A stretch of DNA of 64,000 bases from Octopus vulgaris (lineage: Eukaryota): contig OX597843.1 in assembly GCA_951406725.2 (NCBI GenBank), positions 14,942,001-15,006,000 of the forward strand, written 5' to 3'. The translations under genes and the position numbers were made by a program. Each line of letters begins with the position of its first letter. Position 1 is the stretch's first letter. Below the pieces are notes generated by a model. It made no database searches. It was given only the letters and a program-made list of their open reading frames with translations, and had not been told where the DNA came from. Shown piece after piece: positions 1 through 11,313 of the stretch.

Positions 1-341
1 CTGTTCCATTATAGGTAGGACCATTGAAGAAAAGCACTGCATGCATCTACATTAATTATTGTTTCTACAGTGAAAGAATACAAGAATCTTGGGTTTTTTC
101 TTTTCTTTCTTCTCATTCCAGTTTTTGCATCAACCTTCTTCGCGCTTTGCTTCCCGTCTTTTCTCTCATGTTTTCTCATAGACAAGCATCCAGGTTTTTG
201 GATAGTTCTAATGGTGTGCACTAAGCCAGAAAGATTGCTTGGAGACACATGGCATCTTGTATGAATCTACCAAATTATCATGTCTCTACAGCATGAAATT
301 ATTCGGAGCTCTTTTTTAAATTGTGTATATTATATGGGAGA

Positions 342-720
342 TAAGCTTGAGAGGCAGTTGGATGGAACCTATACTCACCTCCTTATGAGAGCTCAAAATC
401 TCTCGTGGAAGCGTCATCCAACCAAAATGCAAATATATGGGAAACTACCACCTGTGTCATCTCTTGTGAAAGGGTAGGAGAGTCCAGTTTGCTGGACATT
501 GTTGTAGAGCTGAAAAAGAAGTAATTTCTACTCTTCTCCTCTGGAAGCCATCTGCTCGCAATACCAGAGGGCGCACACTCTCCTACCCTGACGTAATCTC
601 CAGGGATACAGGCATCCAGCAACAGGACCTCTGTAGTGCTATGATGGACCGTGAAGTCTGGCGTAGCATGGTAAATTCCATTGTCTTGACCACGGTCGAA
701 CAATGATGAATGATGATGAT
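342..720 (+). mobile_element. 3' fragment of an RTE-clade LINE (C-terminus of ORF plus (GAT)n tail)
   Basis: Translates KLERQLDGTYTHLLMRAQNLSWKRHPTKMQIYGKLPPVSSLVKG, then a frameshift, then RRVQFAGHCCRAEKEVISTLLLWKP...YPDVISRDTG...AMMDREVWRSMV, followed by a TGATGA tail. Typical RTE C-terminal motifs; boundaries approximate. Confidence 0.75.
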
Positions 721-1044
721 GGGAGATGTATGTGTGTGTATTACCCCACAGCTATCCCTCTTGCAGCCACACAGCTTTTTGTTGTATATGTATATTTTAT
801 TTTGTTGTGTTTGTTTTCATCATTGTCCTGTGCATTCATTAGCCATTGCTAATGGCTTTTTGCCACTGGCGCCACCAAAAGTGAACAGTATCAATGTTAA
901 AGGGCACGAAACTGTGATGATCTTGACTGATGGGGAATTAGCTGCGAATTTTCTGTTTATGCTTTTGTAAAATTTTGGAAATGTGTGTGTGTTGTGTGTA
1001 ATGATATTCAGTGATGTAGTTTTCTCTCTTTTGTTCTATTTCAG

Positions 1045-1343
1045 CATTGGTTTCTGTGTCCGAAGAGGTCCGCAGTCGATGTCATCTGAAGCATCGGGTC
1101 AGCCAGTATGTGATGACCGACTCACCGTCCTCGGACAGCATCAATGCTGCCGAGCCAGAAACGCCGAACACGAGCATCGGACCCAGTGCATCGGCGCACT
1201 CCATGTCTTCGCCCTCCATCCAGACGCCCGCCAATGCCCAGCCCTCCATAACACCTGTCACTCGTCGCCAGAAGAGCTGGGACATTCTTGATAAGAGCGC
1301 CATCTCTGTGGCCAGGAACAACACACATTTGATGCAAAATCAG
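1045..1343 (+). CDS. NF1: Neurofibromin, internal coding exon (first in window; gene continues upstream)
   Basis: Acceptor ttctatttcag|CA, donor CAG|gtacat. Encodes (A)LVSVSEEVRSRCHLKHR...RRQKSWDILDKSA, matching NF1 ALLTVSEEVRSRCSLKHR and the invertebrate RRQKSWDILD motif. Ends in phase 0. Confidence 0.93.
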
Positions 1344-2204
1344 GTACATTTTGCCTCACTGCCCCTCCCCTCAATACTCCTTGTTGTTGTTGTTGTTTAT
1401 TTGTGCCGCTCTTCACATCAGTCCTTACTTATGGTCTTCCATAGCTCCAAGTAATTACTGGTACAGCTGATATGTGATCAAAGACATCTCCCAACCATGG
1501 GGTTTTGGGCTCAGTCCCACTGTGTCTTTGTTTATAGACCTGAGCTGATCAAAACCATTTCAGTGGATTTGCTAGATGGAAACTGAGAGAAGCCTGTTGT
1601 GTGTATGTATGTATGTATGTATGTATGTATGTATGTATGTATGTATGTATGTATGTATGTATGTATATATATATATATATATAATATGGCACCTTGGGGA
1701 AGTGGTTGTGTGGTAAGAAGTTTGTTTCCCAACCACATGGTTCCTGGTTCAGTCCTACTGTGTGGCACCTTGGGCCCCACAATACAACGGCCAAGTGAAC
1801 TTGGTAGACTGAAACTAAAAGAAGCTCACCATCGTATGTATGTTGTGTTTGCCCCATCGTTTAACACCACCAGTGTTGGTTTGTTTATGTCCTTGTAACT
1901 TTGCCATTCAGCAAAATCAATCAATACAATAAGTACCAGGCTTCAAAACAAAGTCCTGGGGGTTGATTTGTTCTCCTAAACCCCTTAGAGTTGTGCCCCA
2001 GCATGGTCGCAGCCTGATGACTCGAAAAAGAGCTGACACCTACTTTTGTGTATTTGTTTCAGGCAATTCGAATGACTACACCTGAGTCCCCTAAGTGGTT
2101 TGTGGGTGTTTTGTTGTTGTTGCTATAAACCCCAGGTTACTCCTACTCAAAAGAACTCTAGCGTTAAAGACACTCCAACCATGACCACCCTACATGGTGG
2201 CTAG

Positions 2205-2885
2205 ACCTCACTTGACTGCTATTTCTGCCACGCTTAGCCTCCATGTAGACATCTCCCTCATTGGCTCATACATATATAAGACAGATGGGTGTGTTTTGAG
2301 GGAGATTTGGCTGCTATTTCTACAAGGTTTAGCTACCATGTAGAGGTCTCCCTCATTGGCTCATACATACATATATTCATACATGAGAGAGTAGGGTGTG
2401 ATTTGAGGGAGGTTTGGCTGCTATTTCTACTAGGTCTTGCTACCATGTAGAGGTCTCCCTCATTGGCTCATACATACATATATACATACATAAGAGAGTA
2501 GGGTGTTGTTTGAGGGAGATTTGGCTGTTATTTCTAGCAGGTCTAGCTACCATGTAGAGGTCTCCCTCATTGGATCATACATACATATATACATACATAA
2601 GAGAGTAGGGTGTTGTTTGAGGGAGATTTGGCTGTTATTTCTAGCAGGTCTAGCTACCATGTAGAGGTCTCCCTCATTGGCTCATACATACATATATACA
2701 TACATAAGAGAGTAGGGTGTTGTTTGAGGGAGATTTGGCTGTTATTTCTAGCAGGTCTAGCTACCATGTAGAGGTCTCCCTCATTGGCTCATACATACAT
2801 ATATACATATGACAGGAGCATGTGATTTGAGGGAAATTTGGCTGCTATTTCTACCAGGTTAAGCTACCGTGTAGAAGTCTCCCTT
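2205..2885. repeat. Minisatellite, ~107-bp unit, about 6.5 copies
   Basis: Unit gggtgttgtttgagggagatttggctgttatttctagcaggtctagctaccatgtagaggtctccctcattggctcatac... recurs at 2501, 2608 and 2715. Confidence 0.9.
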
Positions 2886-3016
2886 GTTTATTTGCTTGAA
2901 AATTGTAAAGAGATCTCCCTTGTTATCTGAAACCATAAATAAAATTTTAAAAAGTGTATATATGTATATATAACAGAACTAGGTTTCAAAGAGAAAAATA
3001 AACTACACGTGGTATT

Positions 3017-3560
3017 TATATATGGGGAAAGTAAGAAGAGAAAAGCAAAAATGGATTTTTAAAAAAATAAAGGCTTTTTTTATGAAAAGTAACGATTAAT
3101 ATATACAACTAGCAGTATCGCTCGGGCTTGTAAGGGAAATAACTATATAAGCATTTTTAGATAGTTACTTCCCTTATATAAACCGAGCAAAAAAATGCGG
3201 AAAAATGATGGTAAATTTTTTTTAAATCGTAGACTCATCGTAGACACACGCTAATACCCAGAAGGGCTCGATATGAATGACGACTATAAGATACCCGCTT
3301 TTGGTTAAACTGCACCGCAAAATGTGGGAGTAGTTAGGAATCTAAATCGGAGTAGACAAACTCTCACACAACTTCAGTTTTATATATAAAGATTAGATGA
3401 ACTGAGGTAGAATTAAGAGCAATAACAGTCATTATTGTTATTCCTCTTAATTCTACCTCAGTTCATCTAATTGTGTATATTTATCGTTACTTTTCATAAA
3501 AAAAGCCTTTATTTTTTTTTATATCTATTTTCGCTTCTTTTCGTCTTACTTTCCCCATAT
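3017..3560. repeat. Fold-back (inverted repeat) element interrupted by a Helitron
   Basis: 3017-3108 plus 3393-3427 are the reverse complement of about 3445-3560 (e.g. ttagatgaactgaggtagaattaagag / ctcttaattctacctcagttcatctaa). Confidence 0.8.
3109..3392 (-). mobile_element. Non-autonomous Helitron
   Basis: Minus strand begins TCTTTATATATAAAAC and ends GATACTGCTAG, inserted between A and T with no TSD. Paralogs at 21670 and 55573. Confidence 0.85.
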
Positions 3561-3638
3561 ATATATATATATATTATATATACACACACACACATACATA
3601 CTCACATAGTGATCATTTAATGCATAGTCATGTATGTA

Positions 3639-3681
<43 letters not shown>

Positions 3682-4832
3682 GTGTGTGTGTGTTTACATA
3701 TTCCATCTGTGTCAATTGGGTTTGAGTCATGAGTGGTAGAAGTTTTAGTAGTAGTGGCAATAGTAGTTGTAGTAGCTGTAGTAATAGTAGTAGTAGTAGC
3801 TGCTGTAGTTATTCATTGACTGAACTTTGGTGTGAAACGGATCCATAAATGAGTAAATTCCATATTTGCAGAAAACAACAGCCAAAGTGACGTGTGTACC
3901 AAAGAAGTGGAGCAGTCTCAGAATGGGGCACCAGCGCAGCCTCAAATGAATGTGTGTGTGTGTGATATGTAACTTATGAAAGAGATGCTCACCATCAAAG
4001 AAATATGATCCTTCCTGAGTCATAAGAGACTGCTAAGGCTGCTTCCCCAGTCTCCATTGCACATCTGTTCCCCTTGTATTGGACACCACTCCATCACAGG
4101 ACTACGTGCTTTTGCCAGCTGAGTGATCGGGAGTAGCATGAAATGAATTGTTTCACTCAAGGACCCAATGCATTGCCCGGTCCAGGAATCAAAACCACAA
4201 TGTTACGATCATGAGTCCACCACCCTATCCACTAAACCATGTGTGTCCACTTCAAAAGAACAAACACTGTCTGTATTGAGTCCTTCTCTCATTTCTACAC
4301 TCCTTATATTTCTGTTTGCAGTGTCAGTATGCATGTGATGGGATTACTCTGCTCCAAAATGGATTGGAGGCCCATCTCTTGCTCATACTTTTCGTTTTGA
4401 GTGTGATTGGATGCCCTCCTCAACACCAAACCCTTCACTCGGTGTCCAGGGGTGCATTGGCTCCAGTTTAAAGAGTTCTCTCATCTTTTCATTGTGTCAA
4501 CTCAATTTACAGTGTGTCCTTGAGATCATCTTATTGTGCCAGCGCTATTGCGGTAAAGTTTGGGGCTAAAGAGTCCTCACTGCTCTCTGATGTATGTGTG
4601 AGTTGAAGGTTACATGAACAAGTGTGTGACGAGAAGGGAATGGGTGAAGCAGGCTGTGTGGATGGCTGGATCATTGGCATTAGGATAGATGAGAGTGTAA
4701 TAAGGGAGACAGTGACAGCAACAGTTATTAGAAAACTGTGATGGCAAGTTTAAGTGGACTGCTTGAAAAATTGTGAAGAATTTTACATGAAACCATTGGT
4801 CGCTTTGTTACTCCACAAATAATATATATATA

Positions 4833-5201
4833 TCTCTATATATATAAACGGCAGTTTGTCTGTCTGTGTTCTGTGTGTCTGTTAGGTTGTACCCTCACCC
4901 TGACCACGGCTTTCGACCGATTCTGATGAAACTTGACACACACATAGCCCAATGTCATAATTCAAAAGTAACGCAGCGAAAATTTTGAAAAGTTCCTCCA
5001 GTTCTGAAAAAAATCGATAAATTCGACATGGGGTCGAGAATTAGAAACACAAACCACAGACTGTCTAGGGGACGCAACTCAACCTTTTTAACTAAAAAAA
5101 ATTTACCATCATTTTTTTCCCATTTTTTGGCTATAACTCTCTAAAAATGCTTTATAGTTATTTCCCTTACAAACCCGAGCAACGCCGGGCGATACTGCTA
5201 G
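4833..5201 (+). mobile_element. Non-autonomous Helitron (second subfamily)
   Basis: A|TCTCTATATATATAAA ... CCCGAGCAACGCCGGG hairpin, GATACTGCTAG|T. Shares its 3' end with the other copies. Confidence 0.85.
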
Positions 5202-5409
5202 TATATATATATATATAGAGAGAGAGAGAGGCACGCACACATCTTACAAGACTAGAGCAATGAACACCAAAATGTAGTTAGTGTTAGAGACTCACAACTC
5301 CCTGTTTACTTGGCCCCTGCTCTGCATCATACTCCATCATTAAGAAAGCAATTGATAAATATTAATCTTAAAGATCAGTAATGATAAAAGAGACCAAGTA
5401 ACCGCAATG

Positions 5410-5815
5410 CATATTAGATGTCTTGCAAACAACTTGCACATGCAAGTGCTACCAGTCAAAAGCTCCGTATACCGGAAGCCAGCAAGTGTATGGGGTCATC
5501 AGGAGAGAATGCGCGCCGTTTCAGGGCCTACCTCTCGACGGCATCAATGCGCACTGTTCCCCCCTCACTGATATGAGGCCCCGCTTGCTAGATCAGCTGG
5601 TTATGAAGTTAAGCTCAATATCCTTCTAGCCATCGCTCATCGTCTCTTTTTAACCAAATCCAGTCGCTAGCCTTCTCCACTGTAGATTGGATATCAGTCA
5701 TGGTGGTATTGACTTTACGATGAGTTAGGCCTAGTGATAACAAGTCATCTCACACTGTGTCCAACAAACCCTCTACATCCGACTTCGATTGGAAAATGTT
5801 CCGTTTTCCAGCCTT
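5410..5815 (-). mobile_element. 3' fragment of a HERO-like (restriction-like endonuclease) non-LTR retrotransposon
   Basis: Minus strand reads GWKTEHFPIEVGCRGFVG, then a frameshift, then LLSLGLTHRKVNTTMTDIQSTVEKASDWIWLKRDDERWLEGY*. EVGCRGF and AS.W.WLKR are characteristic of HERO-type C-termini. A structured 3' UTR follows. Confidence 0.75.
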
Positions 5816-5876
5816 ATACGGTTGGACCATGTCAAGTGGCCAGTCAGTTAGTGCAATGAAAATTTTGGCCCCAAAT

Positions 5877-6139
5877 AAAATAAAAAATAAATGCGCCCTT
5901 TTAAAGCCTTCCCAGGCTCATGGGCCCAGTTTCCCGGTTTCTATGGCGTATGTGTTCCCCAGCTGGACGGGACGCCAGTCCATGGCAGCATTACTCATTT
6001 TTCCCAGCTGAGTGGACTGGAGTAACGTGAAATGAAGTGCTATGCTCGAGAACACAACGTGTCGCTCGGTCCAGGAGTCGAAACAACAATCTTATGATCA
6101 TGATGCAGACACCCTAACCACTAAGCCACGCACCTCCGC
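5877..6139 (-). mobile_element. tRNA-derived SINE with 12-bp TSD
   Basis: Minus-strand head GGAGGTGCGTGGCTTAGTGGTTAGGGTG...GTTTCGACTCC (A/B boxes). Flanked by TTGGCCCCAAAT at 5865-5876 and 6140-6151. Confidence 0.8.
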
Positions 6140-6469
6140 TTGGCCCCAAATGATAAAGGTTTAATTGAAATCAGCAGTGTTTCAGTGTTTTTGAATGGCT
6201 GGTGTTTGTGTCTTGGATGCTGTAATGGTTTTAATTCTAACACCACCCCACATCGGGTCACATGCTTGGCAAATATACCTTTCTAGACTTGTTTGTATGT
6301 CTGTGCAGGTTGATTATATTGTATATGCAAACACACATACACACACGTGTGTGTGTGTGTGTCTTGGATGAGCGCTTTGTCAGTTATGATGACGAGTGTT
6401 CCATTTGATCTGACCAATAGAACAGCCTGTGAAAGCAATTCCACAGGCATGTGTACCCATAACATAGAG

Positions 6470-6688
6470 CAGTGGTTTTCAACCAGGGTTCCACGGAACC
6501 TTAGGCTTCCGCCAGTACAGTCCAGGGGTTCCGCAAGAAGTTACAAAAATGCTAAAATCAGCAGTAATTTTTAATTCTCCTGTGCAGATATGTGTGCATA
6601 AGACAATTAAATTATTGCACAGGGGTTCCTCGAGCCAGTGGAATGTTTCCTTGGGGTTCCGCTCCAGCAAAAAGGTTGAAAAGCACTG
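6470..6688. mobile_element. hAT (Charlie-like) MITE
   Basis: TIRs CAGTGGTTTTCAACC / GGTTGAAAAGCACTG with 8-bp TSD ACATAGAG (6462-6469 and 6689-6696). Confidence 0.9.
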
Positions 6689-7878
6689 ACATAGAGATTC
6701 AGGGTGATACAAATTCTAACAGGGCCGGCCCTTTAAACTATGTATACTACTCATTTCTGCCAGCTGAGTGGACTGGAGTGACGTGAAATGAAGTGTCTTG
6801 CTCAGGGACACAGTGCTCCACCAGGAATTGAACTCCTGTCCTTACAATCATGAATAGAATGCACTAGCAATTAAACCCCCACACCTTGTGTGTGTGTGCC
6901 GTCTGTGCTGTATTTGTTTGTTTGGACCCATGGTCTGAGGTGTGGGGTAAAGAAGAAAGAAAAGAAGAGGCGGTGGTTGGGCGGGGGGAGGGAGATTGAT
7001 TTGCAGACATGCTCTGTGCCGTCCATCGTTATATATGAGAGAGGTGAGGTGGCGATAGAGAGGTAAATTGAAAGAAGGGTTGAGTGAGACACAGAGTGGG
7101 GGTGGTGGATGAGTGAGAGTGATATTAATGATGGAGTATGATGCAGAGCAGGGGCCAAGTAAACGGAGTTGTTAGGTGATAGGAACCACAAGTAGTCTCT
7201 AACACTAACAACATTTTGCTGTTCATTGCTCTAGTCTTGTAGAGATGTGTGTGTGCCTCTCTCTCTCTGCTTGAAAAACCGTGGAGAATTTTACATGAAA
7301 CCATTGGTTGCTTTGTTACTCCACAAATAATATATATATATATTATATATTATATATTATTATATATATATTATTTGTGGAGTAACAAAGCAACCAATGG
7401 TTTCATGGAACATTCTCCACAATTTTTCAAGCAGTCCACTTAAACTTGCTGGTAATTTTCTCCATTTTGTAGGCGATTATCAGTATCATTAACTGGACTA
7501 CTTGAAAAATTTTAGAGAATTTTCTGCATGAATCCATGGGTAGCTTTGTTAATCCACAAATTAAAAATATCTAATTAATACGGTGTTGAGCACTCATTCT
7601 CACTGTTCAATACTGTTGTGTATAGTTGAAAATTAAGAAAAACAAAAGATGAAGATAGGTGTATGAACAACAAGCAAGTGTATTAGTTTGACACTCGGGA
7701 AATATTAAGAAGTCTTTTATGTTTAAAAGCCGACCTTTCCATTCTTGCAATCGGTCAAGCAGGATTACTATGGCCAAATGCCCTCCCAGTTGCTGAAGAG
7801 AAAAATTAGTATTTCCCAAGGCCAGACACGTTTTTCATGGAAGATTGGAAAAGAACAACATTAATGGTTCAATGGTAG

Positions 7879-8100
7879 GGCGGCGAGCTGGCAGAATCGG
7901 CAGCACGCTGGGCGAAATACTGAGCGGTATTTTGTCAGCCGCTACGTTCCGAGTTCAAATTCCGCCAAGGTCGACTTTGCCTTTCATCCTTTCGGGGTCA
8001 ATTAAATAAGTACCGGTTACGCACTGGGGTCGAATTATCGACTTAACCCGCTTGTTTGTCCTCTCTGTGTTTAGCCCCTTGTGGGCAGTAAATAAATAGG
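7879..8100 (+). mobile_element. SINE family 2 (GGCGGCGAGCTGGCAG head, Meta/Sauria-like central domain)
   Basis: Head with B-box-like GAGTTCAAATTCC and core GGTCGACTTTGCCTTTCATCCTTTCGGGGTC. Further copies at about 11923(+), 14145(+), 15022(-), 18453(+), 29930(-), 32796(+) and 61535(+). Confidence 0.8.
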
Positions 8101-8457
8101 TAGTGTTTGTCCTCTCTGTGTTTAGCCACTTGTGGGTAGTAAATAAATAGGTAGGGCTCATTTACAACCTTCATGCAATCTCTAGACAAGGGTACACACA
8201 CACACAGTGGGCTTTTTTTGGTTTTCATCTATCATTGACAAGGCTTTGGTTGGCTCATTTCCGATTTTCCATGAAAATCATGTCTGGCCATGGGTGGGGT
8301 GGTGGAATATGCTGTTGTTCAGAAACAGGTAAGGGTGGGTGACAGCAAAGGTATCCAACTGTAGAAAATCGGCTTCAATAAACCCATACAAGCACAGGAA
8401 TGTGGATGTTGAAGCCACAATGAGGATAACAATAATTATATCTAAATTTATAATGTA

Positions 8458-8845
8458 CTAGCAATATCGCCCGGCATTGCTCGGGTTTGTTTCAAACCTT
8501 TAAAATTGGAATTTTTGAAGAGTAATTTGGCATTATGTAGCTTGATATTCTCTTTAAATGAACATTTTTCTGGTTGAAATACACCGAAAAATGGCAACAC
8601 AGCAGTAAAAAAATCGTAAAAAATAGGGATTTTCATAGAAAAAAAAGCACCTTTTTGATGTAAATAATTTTTGGTGTTAACATGGTCCGATTTGAATTTT
8701 TTCTTCTACGGAAGGAAGAGCAAGCCTTCTTCTATCATTCTCTCAATTTTGGTCAACTTGTGCCGTAGGGTCGCGGAGGAGATAGTGTTAGTTGAAGGCT
8801 ACCAAACCTGTCATACACAGGCAACTTCAGCTTTATATATATAGA
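8458..8845 (-). mobile_element. Non-autonomous Helitron (third subfamily)
   Basis: Minus strand TCTATATATATAAAGCTGAAG ... CCCGAGCAATGCCGGG hairpin, GATATTGCTAG, in an A|T site. Confidence 0.82.
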
Positions 8846-9049
8846 TATGTATATAAACACACGCACACACACATACATACATGCATAGGTATGTATATAT
8901 GTGTATAAATAAAATATTAAGATATAATCTGTATAAGATTTTATCAAGTAGCCAGTGTGCAAAACCAATTAAGAAAAAAAATTAATACAAAGTATATGGT
9001 TTGATGCTGATCATAAAATCATTAATGATACATGACTAAACTGAGTTTT

Positions 9050-9425
9050 GGAGTGGCTGTGTGGTAAGTAGCTTGCTTACCAACCACACGGTTCCGGGTT
9101 CAGACCCACTGCGTGGCACCTTGGGCAAGTGTCTTCTACTATAGCCTTGGGCCGACCAAAGCCTTGTGAGCGGATTTGGTAGACGGAAACTAAAAGAAGC
9201 CTGTCGTATATATATATATGTATGTGTTTGCCCCCCCCCCCCCCCCAACATCGCTTGACAACCGATGCTGGTATGTTTACGTCCCCGTTACTTAGCGGTT
9301 CAGCAAAAGAGACCTATAGAATAAGTACTAGGCTTACAAAGAATAAGACCTGGGGTCGATTTGCTCAACTAAAAGGTGGTGCTCCAGCATGGCCGCAGTC
9401 AAATGACTGAAACAAGTAAAAGAGT
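9050..9425 (+). mobile_element. Major tRNA-derived CORE-like SINE (family 1)
   Basis: GGAGTGGCTGTGTGGTAAG...GGTTCAGACCC...GGCACCTTGGGCAAGTGTC...GACTGAAACAAGTAAAAGAG. More than 12 copies in the window. Confidence 0.85.
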
Positions 9426-9930
9426 AATAAAAAAAAATGGAAGAAACCATTTTAAAAGGAATTTCTCCTTTATTCGTTCCCTAGAAGTCGGAGCCTCTGT
9501 ATTTGTTGAAGTAGGTTGACTTTAGGGTCCCCTTACAGTGTGTGGCTTTACTTACAGTAAATAGCCCTTGATATACTGATGTATATGATATATACCTATC
9601 TATAAGTATATATATGATATACATTATATGTATATACATATATACATTTACAATAATAACAAAGGGTGAAATTAATTAATTAAGAAGTAATCAGTAATTT
9701 CACCAAGTAGAATTCGGCATGAAGAGGACCATTTCATGGTAAGCTTAAGTAATACTTTATAATTAGGGTTCAGCAACGATTTGCTTCACCACATACCGAA
9801 GTTTAGAAATAGCAGTCAAAAAATCTTAGCAATTCCTTGTACTTTAATGTATTTTAAAGCACTTGAAAACAGCCTTTTGCCTGCGTGGTTTGTTTTCAAG
9901 TGCTTTGATTATTCTAGGAACCCCCTTTAA

Positions 9931-10152
9931 CCCTTTCATTACCGTATTCATTTTGAGATGCTCTGTGTTTCTTTCAATTAATTTTAAATATAACAAAGAA
10001 TTTAGTAAAATAACTTAGTTATCATTAAGCTAGTGTTAGGAACATAAATTGTGACTAAGGTTTGGTGGAAGATTTTAATTCAAAACTTAGGAAAACAAGA
10101 GAGTTGTACTACAGAACCAGAGCCGGTTTCAGCCAGGTTGGTATCAAAAGGG
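9931..10152. mobile_element. piggyBac-type MITE, copy 1
   Basis: TTAA|CCCTTTCATTACC ... GGTATCAAAAGGG|TTAA. Confidence 0.85.
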
Positions 10153-10176
10153 TTAAAAATATCATGGTGACTTTAA

Positions 10177-10399
10177 CCCTTTTGTTACCATATTTCTGTT
10201 GAGATGCTCTGTGTTTCTGTCAATTAATTTTAGATATAACAAAGAATTTAGTAAAATAACTTTGTTGTCATTAAGCTAGCGTTAGGAATATAAATTGTGA
10301 CTATTTATAAATTGGTATATTTTAATGAAAAACTTATGAAAACAAGACATTTATACTACAGAGCCAGAGCCGGTTTTGGCCGGGCTGGTAACAAAAGGG
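10177..10399. mobile_element. piggyBac-type MITE, copy 2
   Basis: TTAA|CCCTTTTGTTACC ... GGTAACAAAAGGG|TTAA. Internal sequence similar to copy 1. Confidence 0.85.
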
Positions 10400-10978
10400 T
10401 TAAAGTAGAAGGAATAGCTAAGATTTTTTGACTGCTATTTCTAAACTTTGGTATGTGGTGAAGCAAATCATTGCTGAACCCTAATTATAAAGTATATACA
10501 TTTATATATATATGTATAGATTTATAATATATGCATACACACACACACACACACACGTATATAATGGTTGTATCACAAAGCTTTCCCGGTTTGCATTGTA
10601 GAGTTTTTGGTTGCTGCCAAGGGAGCCCTCCTTCGATGGGGGCTCAGCAAACAAGAGGGCACAGCTCCAGGTAATGTGGCCACCTCCACTTAAGACAGCA
10701 CTGCATCCCTCTTTTACACAAATGCATGCATGCACATAACTGTTCACATGCACACACACACACATAGACATATATGTGTGTGTATATCAAACTATATATC
10801 TGTGGACATAAATACACGTCTGTATGTGGGTATATATGTATATGTGGATATATATATATATATACACACGCGTGTGTGTATATCAATTGTAGATGTAGCT
10901 GCATTTTTTTATTTGAATGTTTGTCCATTTTATGTGCATCGGGACATGTATATTAGTATGTAAGCGTGTGTTCGTAAA

Positions 10979-11022
10979 TATACATACACACACACATGCA
11001 TACACATGTGTGTGTATATGCA

Positions 11023-11053
<31 letters not shown>

Positions 11054-11128
11054 GTGTGTATATATGTATATATATGTGTACATATATGTATGTATATATA
11101 TATATATGTATATATATATGTATATATG

Positions 11129-11164
<36 letters not shown>

Positions 11165-11274
11165 TGTATATATATGTATATGTGTATATATGTGTGTGTG
11201 TATATATATATATTCACATACATATATTTATGTGTATCTTTGTGTATATATGTGTATGTACCTATGTGTATATA

Positions 11275-11311
<37 letters not shown>
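10979..11311. repeat. Compound (TA)n/(TG)n microsatellite
   Basis: Read directly; explains the YIYI-type ORFs. Confidence 0.95.

Positions 11312-11313
<2 letters not shown>

Noticed and set aside
2010-2036. CAGC-CTGATGA-CTC-GAAA...GCTG hammerhead-like string
   Set aside because: No stem II or UH site; it is a mutated family-1 SINE tail (gcagtcaaatgactgaaac).
2205-2885. Regular repeats resembling a CRISPR array (also 17311-17646 and 47210-47985)
   Set aside because: Whole units repeat head to tail with no unique spacers, there are no cas genes, and the context is a eukaryotic intron.
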